From NCBI GenBank assembly GCA_004764695.1, contig SMSO01000031.1, positions 2,146,436 through 2,210,435 of the forward strand: 64,000 nt of DNA, written 5' to 3'. Source of the DNA: Schizochytrium sp. TIO01 (lineage: Eukaryota; Protista; Bigyra: Labyrinthulomycetes). The notes below the pieces were generated by a model. That model did not search any database and was not told the origin of the DNA. It saw only the letters and a list, made by a program, of their open reading frames with translations. Below, piece after piece: positions 1 through 11,579 of the stretch. A program made the position numbers and the translations under genes. The stretch's first letter is position 1. Each line of letters opens with the position of its first letter.

Positions 1-2869
1 AGTATCTAAAATGCAAGCAATTATTCGTGGATATTTGACAAGAAAGCATTTGCGGATAGAACGTGAGCGTCGAGAGCAAGCACGCGCAGCATTATACGTG
101 CAAAGATACTATCGTGGACATCGTGGCCGTGAACGAGCAAGGATTCAACGCCGATTAGTGGCTCTACGTGCAGACCAGAGTGTAGCTGCGCTAAGAATTC
201 AAGCTGTGTTTCGAGGATGGCAAGGTCGTAAAATTGTAGCACGTATTCGTCGCGACTTGGCTTTGCAAGCGCTGCGAGCCATTGAAGAGCGTAACAAACA
301 GGAAAAAATGGCACTGCGAATTCAACGCACGTTCAGAGGACGTCAAGGCTATTTAGCTTACCTGGTGCTAGTCGAAATGAAACGTCTTGAAGCGGAGCGT
401 CAGTTTGCAGAAAAAATGGCAGCCATGAAGCTCCAAGCAGTCTGGCGGCGCCGTGTAGCCTACCAGGAACTTATGGCACTACGTGCAGCCAAGCTAAGAC
501 GGGAGCTTGAGCAACGATCCGCTGTAGTCATGCAGCGCGTGTATCGAGGTATGTTAGGACGGCGCCTTGCAAAGGCTGCTCGGAAGACTCAAGAGTGGAA
601 GTTGCAGCAAACTTCAGCTGTAATCATTCAACGTATGTGGCGTGGATGTCGAGGGCGTCACATTGCTGCCCTTATGCAAAGTCTTGCAACGCTCATCGAG
701 CGCGAGCAAGATGCGGCTTGCACTATTCAAACATTTTGGCGAAGTCACCAAGCTGTCGCTTTGTTCGAATTTCTCAAACTTGTCAAAGCCGATAAAGAGC
801 GAAGAGAACACGCTGCATTGCAAATTCAGCGTGTTTTCCGCGGTCACAAGGGCCGGGAGGAACGCGAAGTTCTGGAAGTGCTGGTGGAATACGAGAATGA
901 GCTTGCACCATTGCGTAATCTTGAAGCACACTATGCAAAAGAGCGCGACGTGGGCCAAACAAAGCTTGATGAGGTTGTAAGCCGTCAAGCGAAAATGAAG
1001 AGCCAGGTGGAGGACCTTGAATTAGAGCTGGACGAGGTTTCTAAGCATAGATCTAAATGGTATGACTCAGCCAATGTCACTGGTACCTTGCAGCGCTATC
1101 GCACAAGTTATCTGGCGCAGGCTTTGCGAGGCCAGATCGAGGTGTTCCGTGCCAAGCTTCAAGCTATGCAAGTGCAAGAGATTGATCCACTAAGAATCGA
1201 CGTGCGCAATTTGGAAAAGCAACATCGTGACATTGTAAGACAACTTGCTCCTCGTGAGGCTGGTTTAACATTCGAAATTCGTAGAACTCGGCCAGCTCGT
1301 ATTCGTGCGCGTCTGAAACTCCGTGAAGAGAGTGCCACGAAAATTCAAGAGTCGTTCCGAGGGTATCGTGTCAGACTTGCTCACACCATCGGTGGTGGGC
1401 ACTGGCAAGAAGCCCACGACGAAACGAGTGGCGCAACTTATTACTATAATGTTTACACCCAAGAGAGGAGCTTCCAGGCTCCATGGGCGTTCCGCGTGCT
1501 GCGCGATGATGCTAAGCGTCAAGAACAAAATGCTTTGGAAAAGCTCTTTCGGGTTGTGGATAATGCAAAGGCATCTGTTACCTGGCAGCAGTTCTTTGAT
1601 GAAACAACCGGTTACCCATTTTGGTTTAACGCCAAGACCAATGAGTATCGCTGGGAAGCACCAGCAGAGTTTGCTGCTGCTGAACGACAATTGTCCTACA
1701 ACCCAGAGGATCTTGCAAAAGTTGATATCTCCAGTTCTGCGCGGCTTCGTGAGACAGGGAGTGATGTTGCTTGGGTTGAGTATGCTGATGAAGAAGGTCG
1801 CCTGTACTACTACAATGCACTCACACAACAGGCCCAATGGGAAAAACCAATTGGCTTCGATTCTAAGTGGCTGGCACATGAAGACGCGAAAGCACTTACA
1901 GCCCGTTCTACACGTGTTCGTACGGCACGTGCGTCTGACTGGACTGAGTTTCAGGACGAGCAAGGGAATCTTTACTATTGGAACCAGCGCACTGGGACTA
2001 CTCAATGGGAGAAACCTGCGGAATTTGATTCGACATGGCTGCAAGAGTCACAGGACACTCTCACAGCCCGTTCTATTCGTTCGAATAAAGATCTTGGCTC
2101 AGACTGGCAAGAGCTGCTTGACCCAGAAACAGGTTACACATACTACTACAATATCAACACGCAAGAAACATCATGGTCACTACCACCCAAAAACCTTGAA
2201 GCAAGCTATTCCGTGCAGAGCTCCACCACCTACGACCAAAGCGATCGGGTTGACTCTGCATATACTAGTGGGGATGGTGATTGGGTTGCCTATTATGATG
2301 AAAACGGTGCACTAAACTACTATGATCCTTCAACCACCGAAGTAGCAACAGAAGCAATGTTGGGTCAGGAAGTGAAGGATATAACGGAGTCTATTGCATT
2401 GAGCCAAGCTACAGAGAGCTCGCCTTGGCAAGAGTTGTTGGATGTCAACACAGGGGCAGCATATTTGTGGAACGCTGAGACTGGTGAGACAGCGCAATCA
2501 TGGGAAGAAGTTGTGCAAGGGTATAAGGACGCGGGTGTTTTGCTTGATGTACAGCCAGAAGATCTTCAAAGAGAGGCGGAAATTGCCAAACAAAACGCAG
2601 ACCCAATGACGTTTACTACAGCTCAACGTGTCTGGGATATCTATCACGCAAATGTAGAGCAGGACCCACAGCTATATGCAATCGTATATCGGCTTTGTGA
2701 GCTTGAGCCAACACAAACGCACGATGGAGAGCATGTTGAGCTTATGCAGTGGCTTGCACAGTATGTCATGGAAGGTCAACTCATGGCAGCAACCTCGATG
2801 GCTCAGCAGGCTCTGGATCGCTGGGAGCCACGATATGAGGAAGCAGATGAATCAACTTGGTACCAATAA
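1..2869 (+). CDS. IQ calmodulin-binding repeat, coiled-coil and multi-WW-domain protein (probably 5'-truncated by the window edge)
   Basis: 952-aa ORF, with the frame open back to the window start. About 10 IQ motifs (IQAVFRGWQGRK, IQRTFRGRQG, IQRVFRGHKGR, IQESFRGYRVR), then 6 or more WW-like units (WQEAHDETSGATYYYN, WTEFQDEQGNLYYWNQRTGTTQWEKP, WQELLDPETGYTYYYNINTQETSWSLP). Confidence 0.85.
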   Translation, partial: VSKMQAIIRGYLTRKHLRIERERREQARAALYVQRYYRGHRGRERARIQRRLVALRADQSVAALRIQAVFRGWQGRKIVARIRRDLALQALRAIEERNKQEKMALRIQRTFRGRQGYLAYLVLVEMKRLEAERQFAEKMAAMKLQAVWRRRVAYQELMALRAAKLRRELEQRSAVVMQRVYRGMLGRRLAKAARKTQEWKLQQTSAVIIQRMWRGCRGRHIAALMQSLATLIEREQDAACTIQTFWRSHQAVALFEFLKLVKADKERREHAALQIQRVFRGHKGREEREVLEVLVEYENELAPLRNLEAHYAKERDVGQTKLDEVVSRQAKMKSQVEDLELELDEVSKHRSKWYDSANVTGTLQRYRTSYLAQALRGQIEVFRAKLQAMQVQEIDPLRIDVRNLEKQHRDIVRQLAPREAGLTFEIRRTRPARIRARLKLREESATKIQESFRGYRVRLAHTIGGGHWQEAHDETSGATYYYNVYTQERSFQAPWAFRVLRDDAKRQEQNALEKLFRVVDNAKASVTWQQFFDETTGYPFWFNAKTNEYRWEAPAEFAAAERQLSYNPEDLAKVDISSSARLRETGSDVAWVEYADEEGRLYYYNALTQQAQWEKPIGFDSKWLAHEDAKALTARSTRVRTARASDWTEFQDEQGNLYYWNQRTGTTQWEKPAEFDSTWLQESQDTLTARSIRSNKDLGSDWQELLDPETGYTYYYNINTQETSWSLPPKNLEASYSVQSSTTYDQSDRVDSAYTSGDGDWVAYYDENGALNYYDPSTTEVATEAMLGQEVKDITESIALSQATESSPWQELLDVNTGAAYLWNAETGETAQSWEEVVQGYKDAGVLLDVQPEDLQREAEIAKQNADPMTFTTAQRVWDIYHANVEQDPQLYAIVYRLCELEPTQTHDGEHVELMQWLAQYVMEGQLMAATSMAQQALDRWEPRYEEADESTWYQ

Positions 2870-3336
2870 ACTTTTAGATTTGCTCATTTTTCAATTCTAA
2901 TTTGTACACTGTAGTAAGCTTATAATTTGTAAGTAATTATTTGATATAAATCATTCCTTGACGTCCATTAGATCGCTTTTATCTACTACGCAATACGTGT
3001 GGAGGAAAGTGAATAAGAGTAATACTAACTAAACGTAGAAAGCAAGTAACATCTATTAAGTATGTATTGGATATAATCATTGTTCAATAAATTGAGCTCA
3101 GAGGAGAGCTTGCTAACATGTCACACATCAACGCGCAACTTGAGGCAAATACACGAGATAAAATAAACGAAAGTGCGTGTAGGATAGGATTAGCAGGAAA
3201 AGATTGGGGCATAAATTGATGAGTACGGAACACTTTAAATCTGGAAACCGCAAACAACAATGGAAGCAGCGGTAGCTGCAGCAGATAGTAAGGTTTATTC
3301 ACAGCCAGGAGCAGACTTCATGAAATCATCCACAGA

Positions 3337-4235
3337 TTAGATAGCCTCTTCCTCTTCTGAGCTGCCAAAAACAAGACGGAAGGCTTTCGCAAACGGTGCG
3401 ATAAGCAGCTTGTACAAGAATTCGCTAAATTTCGCGAACTGGCACAGTAGCAAAATGGCTAGCTTGATAGAAAAATATAATGGAAGAGTCTTAGATTGCT
3501 CTAGTGCAACCTGTTCGAACAGAGAAAACCCAGCAAAAATCACCCAGTACCTGTTGTCAACAGAAGTGATTCAATATCGCATCTCGTATTTATGCGGGAA
3601 AACGTTTTTGTCAGTTTTTCTGTTGTGTGCGATAAAATATGTCAAGGGCTTTTCATGATTGTTTAAGAAATCCTATATGCTACGCAATCCTTTTGAATCT
3701 CTTATAAGTAGGATGCGGCAGATAACCAAGACAAAAACGAAAAACGGGAAGGGAAAACTTACATGAGCCACTGCGTATCATCGTCCTTTGTTTCTGTGAT
3801 GAGAGCCTTTATGGATGCATATGCGGGGTAGATTAGGCCAACCATGCGTGTTACAAAAATACCCATGGAGAGGACAAAGAAGCTCGTTACAAGAACAGTT
3901 CCAACAACACCGAATATGGCAATCAAAAGATAACTTCGCGGCAGCAGCGTAGCATCTTCAATAGGGTCCAACCACTCCATTTCCTCGAACTCAAGCATGA
4001 ACATTTTGTACCCCTTTCGGATCTTCTTTCTTTGGGCGCGGATTTCTTTCTGAGTCGGAAGGTTTTGCAGAACCGCCTCTGTGAAGTCAAGCCACATTTC
4101 ATACGCTTCATCAGGCGTAGGCATTGTGGGCATTACAAAGGGTTCACGTGGGCGGTTTGCGGCGGCTCGCCTCTGGACTGTTGCTGGGTCATAGTCATCT
4201 GAGTCCGAGTCATAGTCATACTCACTGACGCTCAT
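3337..4235 (-). CDS. HVA22/TB2/DP1 (REEP/Yop1-like) membrane-shaping protein; 2 exons, complement(join(3337..3550,3763..4235))
   Basis: Exon 1 carries VGLIYPAYASIKAL...DDDTQWL. A GTAAGT donor at 3762 and a CAG acceptor at 3551 join in frame to give QWLMYWVIFAGFSLFE...LPLYFSIKL, the family signature. Confidence 0.85.
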
Positions 4236-7200
4236 GATAAAGAACAATCTTCGCAGCCTTTGCAAGTCGGCCCAGAACACCGCCTAGAGAACCTGCGAGC
4301 TCCTTCAATACGAAGAGTTTCTCGCTCGCAGCGTGACAACGGAGCCCTCAAGCAAGCAGGTATTAGCAAAACCCAGCTTCACAAACTTAGCTACTGCAGA
4401 CCGCGCGTGCAGCAACACGATGACCTCTGCTCTATTATGCAAGCTTAGAGGTATTGTATATTTGTGCGCGACTCCTCTGAGCTTTAGCCTTGGCTTTGGC
4501 GTCCTTGCGTCCCAGATTGTAAGAGTCCTTGCCAGCGCTTGCACGTGCTTGTTGGTTTGGCGGTCGCGAATTGCACAATCTAAAGGAAGTACGGCTCTGT
4601 AGCCAGCAGCTAAGGTCTTGCGAGCAACCGAGAGAGAAAGAAACCAAAAGAGGACCTGGACTGCTTTCGGAAAGCAGTCTTCTCGGAGTTCACGAAGACG
4701 CACTCTTGACGGCTACGCCCGAGCCCGGCAGACAAAGCTTAGTCGCGCCAACTAAAGCACACGCCTCTACTTTTAATTCTGGTCTGTGTGTTCACACACT
4801 TGGGTTATCCATGTGATCAAAAAAATACTAATTAAGTATGGAACTGTACCTTCACGAATGGAGGGAGAGTGTGAATTCCAGTCAGGTGTATGACTAGTGC
4901 CTTTCAAAGTTCATCAGTAGCTTCAGTGGACCTTTGGTCGCTTCGCTCTCGTCTATCCGAAGTTCATTTCCTTGCACGCCTTCAAGTCAGATATTAATGC
5001 ATCTGCAGTGGAGTGAAAGAAATTTAAGTTGTAGATATGTATGTAGGTAGGTACGCGCGCCCGCACAAGGTGTGGAATGAGTTAGGTACTAACTCTTACG
5101 AGAGCTTCTGGATGCTAGCTAGGTAGGTACCACGCTGTGTCTTGCAATTGATGATCGAACTTATTACGCTGTCCTTAATAGACAGAAGAATATCAGCAAG
5201 AATGATTATAAGTCTCACCTTTGGTTCTGTTTCTCGATCACATCCTATGTTCTCAAGAGGAAAAAGAAAACACTGATTTTTTACCACGTGAGAAGTGAAC
5301 GCCTTATGCCAGCCTCATCATCATCATACATCGTACTAAAACGAACCATGATAGCACAAGACGATAAGTCTGCAATATATTCGAAGAATATCAATCTCAC
5401 AAGGTGCTGGTACTCCTGAAGAGCAGGGATAGGTTAACAAAAAAATGGATTCTGACTTTGGAATAGATTATAAAATATGAAACAGGCCGATAGCGCATGC
5501 AGAGAAATCGAGTACATGGGCTAACCTAGAAAGTAAACTACTGCGCTTGTGGCTGGGCATGCTGAGAATCAACCAGCTCCTCAAAATTGCTTTCTTTCAA
5601 TACAGAATATGACATTGGTCTTGATATCATGGTAACCGATGATTGCATTTTATGAAATGCGCGTAGCTGGATCCATACATAAAGCTCGAAAGCAAGCTTA
5701 CTATTCTTCATTCCCAGGAACTCTTGCTTCGCTACTCTACGAGGAATTGATTGGGCGAACTATTGACTCGAGACGACTTGAGATACTTTAGTGAGGCTAG
5801 CTTCTTTGGCCTTGGAAAATCATCGTCGAAAACCTTTTATGTTGTGCGAGACCCTTTCTTTGAGTAGAACTAGAAACTCACTCGAGGTTTGGGGCAATAG
5901 CAGACGAGGGACTGTTGCTACAGCTCTTCGCGAACTCTTTCCTTTGCTGGCAATAAGTGGTAATAGACTGCCACAGGTTGTGTGAGTAATCGGTTTTATT
6001 CCAAAGTAAGTGACAACAATCACTTCGGCAATTAATAGCAACCGCGGGCGACGCTTATTTCCCTGCCTTATCTTATTGGCGAGAGCGAGATTATGCATGA
6101 CCAAGAAGCGCCAGCGAGTCACATACACAGTTCGTGGCCTGGACTATTTCATAAAACATCTGCTACTAGGTAAATAAATCAGAACAACCCAATCCATACA
6201 CTCAGTCTGAAGTAAGCAAAAGTGCCTTGTTCAAAGACACTCTTCAACAGGGCAATCTCCGCCGAAACAAAGGTTGGTAACGTCATCCAGCCACTTTGTT
6301 TGACCTTTCTTCATCTGCCACAATCGACAAAGAGACTACGAATGGAAGGGCGTTGTCGAAGAGATAACACTCTTTGAAGCGATTGGCAGAGAGGCTCATT
6401 GTTAAGAGAGACCCTCCCTTGGAGATAAGTGATCATGTTTTCTTTTGTTTTTCTTTTTTACAAATCAAAACAGCCTGAGGATAGGCCCTAAGTGATTACA
6501 TGAATATTGGCCGACCCATCCGGAGAAGTCGACCAATCATGCTCGCACACTGAAGAAGCGGTTGAACTTGAAGCGTGAAGAGCTCATCCATCCATGATGA
6601 CCAATAATAATTACTCTATTATAATCTGCTTTCTGAGTTTCCTCTGACTCTTAAAAGACTATCGCTCACCTCCATTCTGAATGAACTTTGAACCAAGTAA
6701 ATGTTGAATAGAAGGCACTTTGCTAATAAAGGGGGCTTAAATCCCAGGTCTTCATGTTTATGAAGATATAATGAAAATTTGGGCCTTCTTCGCTTTAATT
6801 ATTCCAGAAAAGCTTTATCAAAGCACTGATACCTATTTTTTCCCTTGTAAAAGGGAGTTAAGGGGAAGACAACCTACTTTTATAGCTTCTTATTGGACGA
6901 GGTAGCAGACGTTAATGTTATACAGAGCAGAGAAATTGAGTGTCGGGACAGAGTGGCTGGCGGTGCAAGAAGAGGGTCCTTTTCCGACTGGTGCGCCACA
7001 AGATCGCCATCGTGAATGGTGTTTCGAGGATAGATACAACTGATTACTCACTCCATGCGAGAAAGGCCCAAGCTTGCCGGAGAGCTGCTGCACGCTAGCA
7101 ACCAACAATTATAGCTTTTGCCACGGCCCTAGCTTTTACTTTTCACTCCATTTTAACCTTCTGCCTTTACTTCTCCTGCTTCCTTCGTGGCAAATGAATT

Positions 7201-8942
7201 GACTATGAGGCACCCCTTTTCCCTATTTTGTAGCTATTTGGTATCTATATCCACCTGAACAGGACCACTATATCAACGATGTACTCAAAGTATTTTAAAA
7301 ATATTTTTCCTCTTGTAGACGTACAGACACCCCCCCCTTCCTTGTTCATGTAAGGGGCGATTTATACTATAGTTTATATTATATTGTATATATGCGGTTA
7401 AAAAATATTTTATTTTGAAAGTGGTCCGAATTCACTTTATGGATTTTCAATAAGAATTTATATGGTGGTTTTCTGGGTACATGTTTTTTAACATTATTAG
7501 AATATGACTAGGCCTAGCTAGACCTGATCAAGTTGGTTTGTAAAGAAAGCCAGAGCGGTTTTGCGGTAAAAGGTCACAAATATAGCTGTGCTGAGAATTT
7601 TATTAAAAAGTGGTCTATTCGTTGTTGTTTTTTAAAAATATATATTTAAAGAAAAAAAATAACTGTGGGGAACTAGCGCTTAAAATCTTAAAACTCTTTT
7701 TGAACTTTTTAATACAGATTTTCAAAAGAATACACTGAGATGGTGACCCTTTTCTACTTCCACTGAATAAAATAATTAAGTCTACTATCACTGAGACTCC
7801 TCACAAGGTATACAGAATTGTATTATAATTACATATTTTATGTAAGTGTTAGTTATATACATATATATGTTCAACCGCTTTAAAAGTAATGTCAGACTCT
7901 TCTTGACAATTTGCGAATCAAAGCTAACTAGGTTTCTGCGCTTGATCAATCAAATGACGTGATGTTAGACAAGGGACTGAGAGAAATTTTAGATAGGGAA
8001 GTATTTCATGGTTTTCAGATATTGGCTTAAAGACTTAGATACCTCATAAAAGAATACTCAATCAAGGAAAGCAAGCAAGCAAGCAATTTTGAGCAACATC
8101 GCAAAAACTTGGGGACGAAGTAGAAGAAGTGACCTCAAGTTTTAAGTTACTAATAAATAACATATAGTAGAGAAAATCGGCATCTTACTTACTCAACACA
8201 ACAACAAAAAAGTATTTGAAGTTCTTGCTTTAGAATTTGATAAAGGAATGCCCCCCAAAATACTGATTCCTTCATAAATTACCAGTTGGGTCACAGCGGC
8301 TTCTGAATTTCGGTTAACATGATTAAAATGTAGCCCCAGCCTCCTTATGATATTTATGTGCACTCTGAGTAGTGTAGCAGCATGAGTATAGATCCTCACG
8401 AAAAGAGTTCATATGTTAGGATCACTAAAATTGAGGCTCGTATGAATTGCCCTTGTTAAGAATCAAGAGTCGATAGACTTGCTTCTAATGAAATATATAG
8501 AAGGAAATGGATAGGTCTTCATATATAGGCTTATCTTGTGGGTTTGTTGAATAAATACGAACCCTATAATTTCAGAAGAGGTATTATTATTTTACTTGTG
8601 AATTTCACATACCAAATTTTTCAGACGTATGAAGCAAATTTAGATAGATCTCGATGGTTTTATCAGAGCATCGCATGTTTGAGTAAACTAGCCAGGGATT
8701 GAGAGGTCAAATACCAAGTTCAAATGTTCAAATGCTCAGAATTGCCTGTCAATTTAGAACAGAACAGTGGTGTTCTAGAACGTTTCATTTACCCTCCATT
8801 CTAAACTACGGCTGTTCTAAGTGACTAGCCAATTTCGTTCTTCAGGGTTCTATGATAAGAGATACCATGGTAAACAATCTAAAGTTGTCTTTGCATAATA
8901 CAGCGATCTCGTTGCTGGTCCATGCACCCTAACGCTTACAAC

Positions 8943-8995
8943 GGGGAGTAGCGGAGCCAGGGGAGTAGCGGAGCCAGGGGAGTAGCGGAGCCAGG
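8943..8995. repeat. 17-bp minisatellite GGGGAGTAGCGGAGCCA x3 (exact)
   Basis: Three perfect tandem copies at 8943, 8960 and 8977, about 95 bp upstream of the ATG at 9089. Confidence 0.95.
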
Positions 8996-9088
8996 AGAGG
9001 CTCTTTACTCTCGAACGGTGTGAACTTTTCACCAGACCTCCCCCCCCCCCACCGTTGCGTTGTGTTCTTTGAGAAGTTGCTTCTCATC

Positions 9089-10408
9089 ATGGCGACGACA
9101 AAGGCCTTGGACTTAGCTGTCTCAGAAGACGACAACGAAAGCGTTGCTACAAGAGACACTGTTGGTGGAGAGGAAGTTGATATTGTAGATGAGCGGGGCG
9201 ATAGCTCTCCTCCCATAGAGCACAAGTCAACAATCCGCTCGCGTAAGGAGAAACGGGTACATGGAGAGGCAGGAAAGACCAGAATTCACAGTGATCGCCA
9301 CTCGCCTGGAATTAAACTACTGAAGCCCCCCCAGAGGGAACGTTATATTAAAGCGTTTATCTCTGAATGTTTCCAAGCGTGTATACAAGGCCCACATGGT
9401 GACTTAGAAACCACAGGTCCCCAGAAAAATTCTGCTATCATCCTGTTCAAGTATCAGAAGAAAGGTCGAGGCAACAACTCAGTCGCTTCGAAGGAATTTC
9501 CAGACATACCGCTACAAAAGAAAACCAACACGAATGCGTTCCTCAATGCTTTGGAGCAAGAAGATGATGAAGAAAAGAAAAAGGCTAAAAAAGAGGGTCT
9601 TCAAGTTCCTGATATGAAAAGTATTATCAATAGACTGCTTGATAGAGTAGAATCGCCTTTGCGAGTCACATTGGTGAATCTTTGCAAAAACCAGGAGTTG
9701 AACTACTATGAAGGAGAAATGCGAATTGAAAGAAGTGCAAAGCCTCAGGCTGCCCTTCACCCAATAGCATCGCTCAAGAGACCTCGAATGGAAAACTTTT
9801 CAACGCAAGCGGACTTACCACCTGGACAAACTGAATTATTTTGGCAACCTCGATCTAAACGAAAACTATCAGAGGTGAGCTCCAGTACAAGTATGAATCA
9901 AATGCGACGAAAAAATTCGGATTCCTCTTCTATACTGAATATTGAGGATTTAATCGGCTCTCCTGCACCAATAGTTCCTTTGCAACAACCTGAGCCAACT
10001 GATCCTGAGGATGAGATTGCTGTCAATCATGACGATCATGATCAGTTGGTACAGTTGGGTGCGCTTGAGTCCAGTCCTAACTCGTGTGCGAGGGAGTTTG
10101 ACTTGAATGGAAAGTTTGGAACATGGTTCTTTCGCTTCTTAGCGCGCAAAGTGAACATCCGTTTCAGCCAGATGCAGATGTTCTTATCTGAGGGTAAGGA
10201 GGAGTATCGAAAACAATCTTGGGGTCAACGTTTGTCTCCGGCCAATGAATGGTCCGTGCAAAATCGGAACTCTTACTCTAGTAAACTAGGTCCTGCGATT
10301 TGCCAAGATGTTAAGTCTACGTTGCTTGAGCAATTCAAAGAATTTCGGTGCATTTTGAAAGAGGATCTCTCCTTATATAGGCAGGAGCTTTCGAAGTTGA
10401 AAAATTGA
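9089..10408 (+). CDS. Hypothetical protein, orphan family A (basic NLS-like clusters; possible nuclear protein)
   Basis: Uninterrupted ORF of about 439 aa from the in-frame ATG at 9089. No family recognised. It shares motifs with the ORF at 14017-15051 (KPP...FISEC..CI..G.L; KKAKKEGL..D.K.I). Confidence 0.6.
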   Translation: MATTKALDLAVSEDDNESVATRDTVGGEEVDIVDERGDSSPPIEHKSTIRSRKEKRVHGEAGKTRIHSDRHSPGIKLLKPPQRERYIKAFISECFQACIQGPHGDLETTGPQKNSAIILFKYQKKGRGNNSVASKEFPDIPLQKKTNTNAFLNALEQEDDEEKKKAKKEGLQVPDMKSIINRLLDRVESPLRVTLVNLCKNQELNYYEGEMRIERSAKPQAALHPIASLKRPRMENFSTQADLPPGQTELFWQPRSKRKLSEVSSSTSMNQMRRKNSDSSSILNIEDLIGSPAPIVPLQQPEPTDPEDEIAVNHDDHDQLVQLGALESSPNSCAREFDLNGKFGTWFFRFLARKVNIRFSQMQMFLSEGKEEYRKQSWGQRLSPANEWSVQNRNSYSSKLGPAICQDVKSTLLEQFKEFRCILKEDLSLYRQELSKLKN

Positions 10409-10709
10409 AGAACTGTTATTCAAGTAAGCGAGTATGAGATTATGTCTCTTAACCACATTGAGATGAATTGGATACTGTTGCTCTGTCATAAATAAGTCTT
10501 CTCAGCATGTTGACCGCCATGTATGCGTTAACTTATATTTCAAACCTTCATGTTTCAGGCCTCCCGAGCAAACTATTGTAATATGCCAGATGTATATTAA
10601 ACGGCAAACTACTTGCGGTATGTTTTGTCAGATAGTCGTGACTAGCCTAGTGAACAGGTAATCTTGAGAATTAAAAGGGGAAATGATTGCTCAAAAAATA
10701 GTAAATTAT

Positions 10710-11579
10710 TTAATACTCAAGATCGCAGTCTGCAAGATCTATATCTTCACTGCATGCGTCGTACCTCAGAGACTGTGCTCTATAGTTCTCGTCGCCCTTC
10801 ATGATAGGAGTGCTGGACATCGTCAATTCACAATAGGGTTGACTTCCTGCTGTGGGAGAAAGTTGTATCTGTACTCCCTTGGGTAGTCTTTTTGAATACA
10901 AAAATGTCTTTGAGATAGGCGAAGGGCAGCACAACTCCGTGTTGAATCGTGAATGAGGTAGCAGGTAAGCGAACAAAATCGTTGGCATTTTAAGTCGTTC
11001 GTGCTGGTTTGCTGTAGAGTTTGCACAAAGCTGCCACCCTTCAGGAACTCTTCGACCGACCGTGTACTCAAGGGAGTATTTACTATCACAGATCTTGAGC
11101 TTTGGATTATGTCCTTTGTCTAAAAAATTAACCTTTGGCAATGGGCCTTCGAAAACCCAATTTCCCGTATGAACCTCTTGGTTAAAATAAACTGTATCCT
11201 GGAGCCATCTTCGGGCCCCATTCAATAATACCTCCGCTCTAACTATGAAGCACAAACGGAAACACAGAAGATGGCTCGTAATGCTTCCAGTACTTTTTAC
11301 TTTTCGTTTTTCTGCGCTAGCTTTTAGGACCAAAGCTTTGGGTGAGGCAGAGTCTGTATCTGCCTCAATACGAACATGGATGAGATTTCTTTCAGACTCA
11401 TCGATGAGCATATTATGCTCCTTCATTAAATGGTGTTGTTCCCAAGTTTGTTCACAACACAAATCATCGATCGAAGGACGGGTTACTTCTTCTAAGGTCA
11501 TTCGTGATGTAGTTAGAATTAAAAAAGTATATCTAAGAGTTACCCTATACCGTTTGGTATACTCCTTACTTGAAGGCAA
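10710..11579 (-). CDS. Hypothetical protein, orphan family B (may have upstream exons at about 11.8-12.3 kb)
   Basis: 289-aa ORF, convergent with family-A copy 1. Motifs RPSIDDLCC, LLCFRLCFIVRAE and VYFNQEVHTG recur in fragments at 15.75-17.35 kb. Confidence 0.5.
   Translation of the reverse strand: MPSSKEYTKRYRVTLRYTFLILTTSRMTLEEVTRPSIDDLCCEQTWEQHHLMKEHNMLIDESERNLIHVRIEADTDSASPKALVLKASAEKRKVKSTGSITSHLLCFRLCFIVRAEVLLNGARRWLQDTVYFNQEVHTGNWVFEGPLPKVNFLDKGHNPKLKICDSKYSLEYTVGRRVPEGWQLCANSTANQHERLKMPTILFAYLLPHSRFNTELCCPSPISKTFLYSKRLPKGVQIQLSPTAGSQPYCELTMSSTPIMKGDENYRAQSLRYDACSEDIDLADCDLEY

Noticed and set aside
1265-2315. 259-aa and 330-aa ORFs overlapping the IQ/WW gene
   Set aside because: Off-frame shadows of a well-supported CDS.
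4305-4816. Cluster of short overlapping ORFs upstream of HVA22
   Set aside because: No motifs; consistent with a GC-richer 5'UTR/promoter.
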